From positions 1,683 through 65,682 of the forward strand of contig CAMBDS010000007.1 in assembly GCA_945865405.1 (NCBI GenBank): a stretch of DNA of 64,000 bases, given 5' to 3'. Positions 30,458 through 39,210 of the stretch are shown in pieces. How positions within the stretch are numbered: position 1 is the stretch's first letter; each line of letters opens with the position of its first letter. Position numbers and translations under genes: made by a program. Source of the stretch: Caldithrix abyssi DSM 13497. GTDB taxonomy: Bacteria; Electryoneota; AABM5-125-24; Hatepunaeales; Hatepunaeaceae. Under the pieces are notes generated by a model that saw nothing but the letters and a program-made list of their open reading frames with translations, was not told where the DNA came from and did not search any database.

Positions 30458-31816
30458 TTATTTGCCATTGGTAAGCTTATCTATTATCTTATTAAGGTCA
30501 TAGTTACTATATTGAATCTGCGCAAGATTTAGCAATCTATCCGCAGGAATTGGCTCCTTCGAGTTCAATTCATTGTAATACAATACAAGAAATTCTCTAA
30601 AGATTGGCAAGTCAAATTTGTTTATTACCCCTCGCGAGACCATGGTAAATACTGCAGCAATTCGTAGTGCTTTTAGAAAGTCACCTTGAGTAAGATTTGA
30701 ATATGAATTATATTTTTGATCCCAGTAATTTATTTGTTTTTCTATAATCGGTTCTAGTTCAAAGGCATTTTTGTAAGATTCTCTCATTAGCTGCGTTGCG
30801 CGACGATACTCAACATCAGTAATAAGATTAATAATAATAGGGTGCCACATTGGGACAGTTGGGTGAAAAGATTCCAATACTCTAATTATTTGCTCATATT
30901 TATGCTTTTCTAATATTGCTTCTATCTGATCACTTGGTTTGTCAAATTTGTCGCTCAAGAATCCTAACAGAATACTTCTTTCGATGTATTCCCGTTGGAG
31001 CTCGGTGTCGAAAAGCAAAGTATTTTTTGTCTGTTGAAAAAACTTTACTATTAATTTGCTTTTCTTTTCTCTGCTGTATGATGTCCATTCATTACTATCC
31101 CACTCTTGCCTGATTTTGGTTTTGCTTATTTCTTGAAGCTTTTTATCCGATGGAACATAGGGTTTTGAGTCGTTAAGTTTTAGTAAGAGCCTAGCTTGAT
31201 TCCCTTCAATATTCTCACCGTATTTGCTCCTCGTTTTCGAACTGGAACAAGACTCGGCGAATTTCCTGAAACGCTCGGATTTCTTCAATAGGGAGTATAT
31301 TGGCCAATTAGGTTGATCATTCTCAATTGATGATCCGTACCAATTAATTCCAAAACATGACGTCACTTGATAGTAGTGCGATTCCCCCAAAGGACTTGGA
31401 AATGAAGCTAAATAGTATCTCATTTGTAGTGCCAGAAATGGTATAATGAACTCTCGAATGACGTTCTTAAACTCAATATTATCAATTTCCTTTATCCTAA
31501 AATATAGTGTTTTATAGTCTTCAAGAAACCTAATAATTACTTCCTGAACATCCCATTTATCAAGCCGCATTCTCTCTGAAAATTGATTAATTGCAATTTC
31601 AACAAGTGATCTTGGAGCTTCGGTAACTGATTTCTTTAGGCGTTCTCTGTATTTTCGTAGGTAAACATCACTGAATGGTTTGTATTCTTTCCAGCAGACC
31701 TTTTGAAGTTGTGTTGCAACTAATAAATAATCAAATACTTCGAGCTGTGTTGGTATAGGATTATCTAATGTAGGGCGGCGGGTTCTCCCCGCCGCCCTTT
31801 TCTCTTCATGTTTCAC
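30458..31816 (-). CDS. Hypothetical 452-aa protein, predicted all-alpha, in an AT-rich island
   Basis: It is a long ORF in a region of ~25-30% G+C by hand counts. The GTG start overlaps the upstream stop (GTGA). I recognised no family. Confidence 0.7.
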   Translation of the reverse strand: MKHEEKRAAGRTRRPTLDNPIPTQLEVFDYLLVATQLQKVCWKEYKPFSDVYLRKYRERLKKSVTEAPRSLVEIAINQFSERMRLDKWDVQEVIIRFLEDYKTLYFRIKEIDNIEFKNVIREFIIPFLALQMRYYLASFPSPLGESHYYQVTSCFGINWYGSSIENDQPNWPIYSLLKKSERFRKFAESCSSSKTRSKYGENIEGNQARLLLKLNDSKPYVPSDKKLQEISKTKIRQEWDSNEWTSYSREKKSKLIVKFFQQTKNTLLFDTELQREYIERSILLGFLSDKFDKPSDQIEAILEKHKYEQIIRVLESFHPTVPMWHPIIINLITDVEYRRATQLMRESYKNAFELEPIIEKQINYWDQKYNSYSNLTQGDFLKALRIAAVFTMVSRGVINKFDLPIFREFLVLYYNELNSKEPIPADRLLNLAQIQYSNYDLNKIIDKLTNGK

Positions 31817-31968
31817 TTGCCAGCCTTACCAATGACAGCACCTGGTTTCCTGGAATTTGGTGTCGGAAGAGGTGGCCTTCCAATTGGGTCTTTCGAATTC
31901 AACTCACGGCTGATTTTATCGAGTTTCCCTTGACCAACCAGTATCTTCTTTCCAAGATCACTCATCAT
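31813..31968 (-). CDS. Small hypothetical protein (~51 aa)
   Basis: MMSDLGKKILVGQGKLDKISRELNSKDPIGRPPLPTPNSRKPGAVIGKAGK. The ATG pair overlaps the stop of the upstream small ORF, and its own stop overlaps the start of the 452-aa gene. Confidence 0.45.
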   Translation of the reverse strand: MMSDLGKKILVGQGKLDKISRELNSKDPIGRPPLPTPNSRKPGAVIGKAGK

Positions 31969-32113
31969 CGCCTGCCAGTCCTTCATCGCGGCTGTGTTCA
32001 TACTCCTCATTGTTTGGATTCAATTGATCAGCATGGTTGTCCATTGCTGCGTGATAGGCTTCATTGTTCGGATTTAAGCTGTCCGAACGTTCATCATTGG
32101 ATGATCGACTCAT
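31958..32113 (-). CDS. Small acidic protein (51 aa) with two (S/Q)LNPNNE.Y repeats
   Basis: MSRSSNDERSDSLNPNNEAYHAAMDNHADQLNPNNEEYEHSRDEGLAGDDE. It is not in the ORF track because it is under 60 aa. The LNPNN..Y repeat recalls a widespread family of small bacterial proteins (from memory, unverified). Confidence 0.5.
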   Translation of the reverse strand: MSRSSNDERSDSLNPNNEAYHAAMDNHADQLNPNNEEYEHSRDEGLAGDDE

Positions 32114-32646
32114 TTGAATTTCCTTAAAAAATTACCAGCAACTTGCCAAGCTCTTACTTGGTCTCGGTTGGTTGATGAAAGCTAATGAATTGAAGAAATG
32201 AAATAAATAGTCATCTGCGTGACATCAACTCTTTTATTTGCATTAAAACTATTTGACAATTCCTTATGCACCATGTAATGAAAATAACAAAATTCCTCGA
32301 AATGAGATATTTATCTACCAATGCGTAAATATAATTCTGCTTCCAGCTCAAGCTCTTCAGGTGTGAGGCGTTTTATTAGTGAATTATTTGTCATTGGTTT
32401 GTATTAACGACTAATTCTGTTGCTTTTTGTCGGAAAATTTCGTATATTAACAGCATTATCCTACGAGCCCCCTTAAACTTTCAACCTTAAACCTTATTCC
32501 TGTGATTTTGGTGACGGAAAATATTTTTCAAAAATCCCCGATACGCCTGCCCAATAAGCCCTGTGACGATTGTGAAGATGTGACGATAAAAAGAGGCAGT
32601 GTTCGGGGAAAAGGCCGTGAAAGCCTGTCCTATAAGCCTTTTATGG

Positions 32647-32696
32647 GTAGGGGCGCAAGGCCTTGCGCCCCTACAAGAGCCGCCGGGACGGCGGCG
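32647..32696 (-). terminator. Hairpins downstream of gapA
   Basis: GTAGGGGCGCAAGG/CCTTGCGCCCCTAC is a perfect 28-nt palindrome at 32647-32674. GCCGCCgggacGGCGGC lies at 32679-32696. Confidence 0.55.
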
Positions 32697-32720
32697 ATAC
32701 GTCCCGACGAGACACCAGCG

Positions 32721-33758
<1,038 letters not shown>

Positions 33759-33805
33759 TTAGGGAATTAGCGATTTATGGGTGCCGATTTAAATCGGCAG
33801 TACTG

Positions 33806-34018
33806 TTACCCGGCCATTTCCTCAAACGCCCATTTCATGGGGCTGGCTGATTTGGGTTTGAGGTTCACTCGTTCAATTCCAATGACGTGACCATCCTTAT
33901 CTTTCATCAGGACGGTATCTTCGTCGAATTCCTCGCAGATCGCCTCCTTTTGCGGATCATCGAACCAGATGATGAGCGATGAACCGAGGCGGTCGTAAAA
34001 GACTTTTACTTCTTCCAT
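33806..34018 (-). CDS. DUF2283 domain protein
   Basis: VKVFYDRLGSSLIIWFDD...DKDGHVIGIERVNL matches the DUF2283 pattern. Confidence 0.7.
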   Translation of the reverse strand: MEEVKVFYDRLGSSLIIWFDDPQKEAICEEFDEDTVLMKDKDGHVIGIERVNLKPKSASPMKWAFEEMAG

Positions 34019-34024
34019 ATTGGA

Positions 34025-34291
34025 TTATCTATAGACTTCGCGGCGATGAGCGATGCTTGTAACCCAAACTACATGTTCCTCCAAGTCGATGAAGAAAAGT
34101 ATCCTGTAATCACCCAAGCGGGCACGATACGAATTCTCACGTCCGCTTAACTTCTCAGACTGAGGTGGAAACGGATTCAAGACCAGCTGCTCCAATTTTG
34201 ACACAATTCTGGCTTGAAGCTGGAGAGGCAGTTTGACGAGGTCTCGCTGAGCAGAAGTAATTAGCCTAAACTCAAACGGATCACTCCTCAT
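34025..34291 (-). CDS. RelE/ParE-family type II toxin
   Basis: FEFRLITSAQRDLVKLP...NPFPPQSEKLSGRENSYRARLGDYRILFFID..HVVWVTSIAHRREVY is the RelE/ParE signature. The internal ATG at 34291 is preferred. Confidence 0.8.
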   Translation of the reverse strand: MRSDPFEFRLITSAQRDLVKLPLQLQARIVSKLEQLVLNPFPPQSEKLSGRENSYRARLGDYRILFFIDLEEHVVWVTSIAHRREVYR

Positions 34292-34490
34292 GGAACGTCC
34301 GCTTACCTGCCTTAAACTCATCGAGTGTTACGTATTCCATACCCTCTGATTCAGCCTCTATCATGAGAGCGATATCTAGCATATCCTCGCGGATTTTTGG
34401 ATCATCATAATAGAGTTTGAAGAGTTCGTCACGCTCAGTGATCGTAAGTGTCTTGTAATTCTGGTAGATTTCCAGGACTTTAGGTGACAT
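34281..34490 (-). CDS. Putative cognate antitoxin (family not recognised)
   Basis: It is a 69-aa acidic protein directly upstream of the RelE-like gene and overlapping it. Confidence 0.55.
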   Translation of the reverse strand: MSPKVLEIYQNYKTLTITERDELFKLYYDDPKIREDMLDIALMIEAESEGMEYVTLDEFKAGKRTFHEE

Positions 34491-34518
34491 GGTATTTTCC
34501 TTTTGTTATGTTCAGTGC

Positions 34519-35715
34519 TTAATTATTATCGCTTCCGGCGATACGAATTTCTAGATCATTTGGATTATGTCCAAATTGAGCAATGAGTTTTCGAGCACGT
34601 CGAACGATTTCTTCTGAACCGATGTAAGTGTGGACATAATAACCTGTGGTTCCTACCTTTTGGGGTTTCTGCACCTCATTGATATCTTTGCTGAAGTATT
34701 TGTATGTACCCGAACCCAAACTTTCACATTTATGAAAATCGTTTGGATGGTCACGCTGGATGATGATCGCGACTTGTATCAGAAGGTTTATCCAAGAATT
34801 AACAGGATATTCGCTGTTCTTGAATTGAAATGAAACGGGTGTCCTTCCTTGGTAATTTTGCACGCCTGGCACATGATTGTGGGTTTCGGTGAGTCCAAGT
34901 TCCCGACGCATTCTTTCCTCAAGCCTGAGTCCCTGTCTTAGAGGTAAAGGTTCTTGTAATACATTTGACTCTACTGTGTTGTTTGTGCGTGGAGGCTGAG
35001 GCGCAGGCGGCGTGGTCGCTGATTTTTCCTCGCGTGATCTAATAAACTTAACAGCTTCTTGTGTTGTGAATGAATATCCTTTAGAAGACATTTCTGAGAT
35101 AATAGCATCCGGCAAGGTCGGATATGGTTCTCGACGAGTTCTTGCTTCAGCAGATGGGAAGCAATTTGCCATTTCCAGATAGATCTGAGTGACATTCAGC
35201 TTCTTCTTTGCCTCATTCTCGGCGTTTCCGGAACGAACCTCTACCTTTGAGAGATAGCTCTCGAACACCTTCTCAGCATAGAATGTGTCGATCTTTGACA
35301 GATCAACAGAGTCAAATAACTTCTGTCCGAAGGATCCATCTCCTTTAACGTAGTAGAATCGCCATAGTTTTCCATCTGTTATTATTGCGAACGGGGTTGT
35401 TATGTTCCGGGTATAGTCTCGCACCTGACCCTCGATCGATGGAAGATTCGCTTCCATTTTACCGACTGCTTTGATCTCAATAAAGACAGCAGGATAGGTT
35501 GTAACGGCAAAGAGTGCCATATCTACTTTTGTTCGGTCTTCATCTGGGACTACCTGAAACTCGGTGAAAACCTCCCCCGGATTCCAAATGTCCCATCCCA
35601 AAGCCTGCACGACCCGCGCGACGAGGCTGAGCCGGACATGCTCCTCGTTCTGGTAGGCGTTGGTGCGGAGTTTACGCTGGATGTCTTCGATGACGTCGCG
35701 AAGGGATTCAGGCAT
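34519..35715 (-). CDS. HsdR-N (type I restriction enzyme R N-terminal) / PD-(D/E)XK-like nuclease-domain protein with an uncharacterised C-terminal half
   Basis: NEEHVRLSLVARVVQALGWD...TKVDMALFA...AVFIEIKAVG contains a D...ExK motif. The ATG at 35715 (MPESLRDVIEDIQRKL) overlaps the upstream zinc-ribbon gene by 8 nt. Confidence 0.65.
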   Translation of the reverse strand: MPESLRDVIEDIQRKLRTNAYQNEEHVRLSLVARVVQALGWDIWNPGEVFTEFQVVPDEDRTKVDMALFAVTTYPAVFIEIKAVGKMEANLPSIEGQVRDYTRNITTPFAIITDGKLWRFYYVKGDGSFGQKLFDSVDLSKIDTFYAEKVFESYLSKVEVRSGNAENEAKKKLNVTQIYLEMANCFPSAEARTRREPYPTLPDAIISEMSSKGYSFTTQEAVKFIRSREEKSATTPPAPQPPRTNNTVESNVLQEPLPLRQGLRLEERMRRELGLTETHNHVPGVQNYQGRTPVSFQFKNSEYPVNSWINLLIQVAIIIQRDHPNDFHKCESLGSGTYKYFSKDINEVQKPQKVGTTGYYVHTYIGSEEIVRRARKLIAQFGHNPNDLEIRIAGSDNN

Positions 35716-36019
35716 TGTTTGGCTCCAGAACTCTTTTACTCGCGATCCGCCGGGAAGGTTTCGCGGCAAGAGTGCCTTCCTTCATAATGCGAGTCATTGC
35801 CGCTGTATCGAAGAATTCTGCTCCACAGGATGAACAATGGAAACGTTCCAAGTCAGGGATGAGGAAGCCCATCTCAGTTCGGTGGTCGCTGACAACAAGC
35901 TTGATTGACTTTTGGCCGCACTCGGGACAGGTTTCGATGTTGAGCGTTCGATTGCGCTTTGGGGTTTCTCTAAGCGACAAATCTCTTGGACGAGATAAGG
36001 ATGTAGAATGTGTCTTCAT
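35708..36019 (-). CDS. YgiT/MqsA-type zinc-ribbon antitoxin-like protein (cassette 2)
   Basis: CPECGQKSIKLVVSDHRTEMGFLIPDLERFHCSSCGAEFFD fits the CxxC...CxxCGE pattern. No C-terminal HTH is evident. Confidence 0.65.
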   Translation of the reverse strand: MKTHSTSLSRPRDLSLRETPKRNRTLNIETCPECGQKSIKLVVSDHRTEMGFLIPDLERFHCSSCGAEFFDTAAMTRIMKEGTLAAKPSRRIASKRVLEPNNA

Positions 36020-36277
36020 TGTCCTTTTTCTTGATTTTACCTTTGGTGTAAATTAAAGTACCCTTTTTCGTAGAAGATACGATAATATGAAGATACTCTT
36101 TTTCGCCTGTCTTCGGATCCTTTGAACGCAGTGTTTTGTTAATCGCAACGGCATTCTGAATCGCCTCATAGATCATTTCGGGCAGAAGGCCTTCACGTTC
36201 AATCTCGGCTTGGCTTTGACGGTGAAAATGACCCTTTCGTCCTCTATGAGTTCCTTAATCCTGTCAAGCGTACGCAT
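35970..36277 (-). pseudogene. MqsR/DUF4258-like toxin (cassette 2), frameshifted
   Basis: MRTLDRIKELIEDERVIFTVKAK, then a frameshift at ~36200-36215, then AEIEREGLLPEMIYEAIQNAVAINKTLRS...LIYTKGKIKKKDNEDTFYILISSKR. Collinearity with the intact copy at 36623-36946 is kept only across the shift. Confidence 0.6.
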
Positions 36278-36395
36278 AGGGAATCCTTAGTCGGATGTGC
36301 TCCTTAATTGTGACAGACAGGAATGTCCGTCGTACTGAGTTGTTGCGGAGTTTCTTCTGGATGTCTTCGATGACGACGCGGAGGGATTCAGGCAT
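36264..36395 (-). pseudogene. Duplicated 5' fragment of the HsdR-N-like gene (43 codons) carrying a hairpin-repeat insertion
   Basis: MPESLRVVIEDIQKKLRNNSVRRTFLSVTIKEH... compares with MPESLRDVIEDIQRKLRTNAYQNEEH of the intact gene. It has the same 8-nt overlap with the preceding zinc-ribbon gene. Confidence 0.7.
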
Positions 36396-36672
36396 GCTTG
36401 TGCCCCGATACTTTACGTGCAATGGCACGTCGGACAGGTCGTAACGATTTTCTGATTTCGGCGACACGATCCATTGCCGCTGAATCGAGGAAATCCTCGC
36501 CGCAAGCAAAGCAATGCCAGCGGTCGAGGTCGGGGACTACGATTCCGTCCAGAAGTTCGCAATCGGCTTTCAGCCTTCGCATTTCATCTTTGCCGCATTC
36601 CGGGCATGGATAGGTCTGGCTATCAGAAGCGCGGGTCGTTTTGGATGTCCCATTTCGATGAGATGATGACAT
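36388..36672 (-). CDS. YgiT/MqsA-type zinc-ribbon antitoxin-like protein (cassette 1)
   Basis: CPECGKDEMRRLKADCELLDGIVVPDLDRWHCFACGEDFLD. Confidence 0.65.
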   Translation of the reverse strand: MSSSHRNGTSKTTRASDSQTYPCPECGKDEMRRLKADCELLDGIVVPDLDRWHCFACGEDFLDSAAMDRVAEIRKSLRPVRRAIARKVSGHKHA

Positions 36673-36946
36673 AAAATACTTCCTCTCCTCCTTTACGAAG
36701 GATTTTTCCCTTTGTGTAGATTACCAATCCAGTGTATGTGATACCGACGAGCACGTACAGCATCTCCCGTTTGCCGGTAACGCTTGACGTTGACCGAATA
36801 GTTTTTACTATGGCAGGAGCGTTGAGAATAGCCTGTCGGACGATGCTGCGCGAAATACCGTCACGAGCAATCTCTAAATCCGCTTTGAGTGTATAGATTA
36901 TCTTTTCTGCATCAACAAGAGCCTTAATTTGAAGGAGGATGCTCAA
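36623..36946 (-). CDS. MqsR/DUF4258-like toxin (cassette 1)
   Basis: LLQIKALVDAEKIIYTLKADLEIARDGISRSIVRQAILNA...LVIYTKGKILRKGGEEVFYVIISSK. The toxin-first order with a zinc-ribbon partner matches mqsRA. The TTG start overlaps the stop of the upstream fragment. Confidence 0.55.
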   Translation of the reverse strand: MSILLQIKALVDAEKIIYTLKADLEIARDGISRSIVRQAILNAPAIVKTIRSTSSVTGKREMLYVLVGITYTGLVIYTKGKILRKGGEEVFYVIISSKWDIQNDPRF

Positions 36947-37098
36947 GTATTATCCCACCCCAACGCCTGCACCACCCTCGCCACAAGGCTGAGCCGGACG
37001 TGCTCCTTAGTTGTGACAGACAGGAATGTCCGTCGTACTGAGTTGTTGCGGAGTTTCTTCTGGATGTCTTCGATGACGTCGCGCAAAGATTCTGGCAT
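36943..37098 (-). pseudogene. Duplicated 5' fragment of the HsdR-N-like gene (51 codons) carrying a hairpin-repeat insertion
   Basis: MPESLRDVIEDIQKKLRNNSVRRTFLSVTTKEHVRLSLVARVVQALGWDNT* compares with MPESLRDVIEDIQRKLRTNAYQNEEHVRLSLVARVVQALGWDIW.. of the intact gene. Confidence 0.7.
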
Positions 37099-37518
37099 TG
37101 CAGGTTCCTAATTTTCATTCCGAGATTGCTCTACAATCAACCTACAATTTACTTCGCTATTGCCTTTTCTGCAACAGATTTACTTTTTTCGTTTGACTTG
37201 CAACCTTCCCGAGATACCTCCGGTCTATATGGATGAAGGCAGAATAAATCAATCAAACAAACCAGTCAACGAAAGTTATCAATGTCCCCCCATATTATAT
37301 ACGAGTCAGGCGTCTATTTCAAAGAACGTGCCGAGACAATCAGAGAAATGCTTAGCGAGACTACAAGCGTCAGAGGTGGTTCAACAACCAAGTCGGGCGA
37401 AACGTCGGGCAACTCACGTCTTAATGGATTAATAGACCGTTTTCTTGAGACTTGCCCTGTCTAATCAATGAAGAACGCCACTTATCCTGCGCAACTTTGA
37501 AATAAGGTGCTCAGACAT

Positions 37519-37549
37519 AAAAAGACCCTCGTGAAGAGGGTCTTTTAGC
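37519..37549. terminator. Bidirectional rho-independent terminator
   Basis: AAAGACCCTC-gtgaa-GAGGGTCTTT has A/T runs on both sides. Confidence 0.75.
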
Positions 37550-37583
37550 ATTTTGAATTGTCCAAGTAGGTGTCTATAACCTG

Positions 37584-38554
37584 TCAGGGAGTGCCTGCTC
37601 CGTAAAAGTCCGGGATCGAATTGGTTATCGTAATTTTGTTGTAGATCGGTGCCGAAGCAAAGGATGCCGGGGGCTTCTCGCCAGCAGGGACCAAAAGAAC
37701 GCCTCCGGAGACATTTTCCGGAGTTTTAGCGCCGATAACACGATTGTCAATTGGAGTATAGATATAGTGGATATAAACCGGGATCGAGATAAGGTAGATG
37801 TCTTCCATACCGTTTTTGACATTGCCTAAATTGATTCCACCCATACTTCGTGCGACAGCGTTCTGTAACTCGACCACACTTAACGGGTAGTTGTTGAGCA
37901 CAGGAATAGCATTCCATTGCGCATCAACCATCACCCATTTTTTTCGATCATTCAGATAGGCTTCAGTGACGACGTGGTAGTTTCCCTGGGGGCGTCGCTC
38001 AACATCCTTGGGCAGAAGGATTACCGTTCTTGACTTAATGCCAATTGAGTTCAAGCAACCCGAAGTAACCAAAGAATACTCATAACAACTGAACGAATGC
38101 CTGAACGTCCAGATTCGAGAATGGCTATTGGATCATTTTTTTGAACTGGACAATCGCCTTTATGGCTCCATTGCTGATTTACCCAGTCACAAATAATTCT
38201 GGTGCGTTCGAGATCCGATTTGGCACCCGCGACAAGCTGGGATATTTTGTAAGTTTCATTCAAGCGCCGCATATAAGGGCGCATAGGGTTGGGATAATAA
38301 AACTTTGGCGGTTTTTGTGATGGATTGTTGGTCCAATTAAGCGGACCGAGTTCCTTGCCTTTAGATCTTGCTAAGGATGCATCTTGATTATCGAGATTTT
38401 GTTTGTCGGGGAGGTCAATAGCGAGAATAGGTGCGGAGTGTAAGATCAGTACAAGCGAGAGAGCTACGCCGAAGGCGCGCCAGCTATGGCGTTTATGGAT
38501 GGCCTGGCGGGGAATTGTGACGACTCGAAGAAAGTGGTCGATGATCGCATTCAT
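37584..38554 (-). pseudogene. Transglutaminase-like cysteine-protease-fold protein, split by a 1-nt frameshift
   Basis: ORF 38051-38554 (signal anchor, ...DPIAILESGRSG) and ORF 37584-38072 overlap. The alternative frame reads ..FRHSFSCYEYSLVTSGCLNSIGIKSRTV.., the C..Y..l....GI.sR.V core of transglutaminase-like domains, followed by HVVTEAYL..KWVMVD. The shift is at ~38073-38107. Confidence 0.65.
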
Positions 38555-39210
38555 CGTGATGTTCCTGTTGCAGATCGTGAACGTCCGGCTGTTGTCGTTA
38601 AAAAGAGTTGCTCTTTCGGCAAATTACCGAAGGATATGAGGTAACGATTCGCTACCTTAAGTTGTGACTCTGATCAAAATCGGTTTGGGTAAAATTGGCT
38701 ACCATTAAATTAATTTACGTGACGATTGTAGTTGATGTGCTCTTGCTCGAAATTCAGTCGAAATCAGGTTTAAATTTCGAACTTGAAACGGGCCATACTG
38801 ATTGTACTGGCGAAGACGTGAACGAACAATAAGGAAAAACTTTCAACCGAACTGAGAAAATAGGTGGCGAAGCCATCATTGATAAGCCGGACAAGAAGTG
38901 TCACCAATATAACAAAATCCTTTCAGAAAACCAAATCATAATTTGCTGTTTTAAATAGTAAGTCTCATCCATGCATCGTCGAACCGCCATACAGTAGCTA
39001 CTTTGCAGCCTATAGCTAAGCTGACTTCAACTTTAATTAGCGGCAATCTAACCCTTGAAATACCACTCAAGTGTTACGCACCTCACAATTTTCCAATCTT
39101 TACAACTATTATTATAGTCTGACTTAATCCTTTGCCGATTGCTCAAGAGATTATTATCTTAAAACAGGCGTGAAGCCTAATAAAAGTAACTTCAATTACA
39201 AGGATTTCAA

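Noticed and set aside
30458-31816. A HEPN-like R-x5-H motif (RVLESFH) in the 452-aa orphan protein
   Set aside because: A single short match with no surrounding HEPN helix pattern is expected by chance in a 452-aa protein.
32114-32500. A 27-codon minus-strand ORF (MTNNSLIKRLTPEELELEAELYLRIGR, ~32309-32392) and a TTGACA/TAATGA promoter-like pair on the plus strand
   Set aside because: The ORF is too short and unsupported. The promoter-like hexamers point towards no plus-strand gene. This is part of the AT-rich island flank.
37160-37464. Plus-strand ORFs of 90 aa and 60 aa between the TA island and the transglutaminase-like gene
   Set aside because: They have no motif, no convincing ribosome-binding site and an odd composition. 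The region is more likely the promoter and leader of the minus-strand TA array. The bidirectional terminator at 37519-37549 is explained by the minus-strand gene alone. The 60-aa ORF (37282-37464) cannot be fully excluded.
38555-39210. A 650-nt AT-rich gap upstream of acnA, examined for a tRNA, small RNA or riboswitch
   Set aside because: I could trace no cloverleaf or conserved riboswitch core by eye. Only weak inverted repeats are present (CGAAATT...AATTTCG). It is treated as a divergent promoter region. A covariance-model scan would be needed to be sure.
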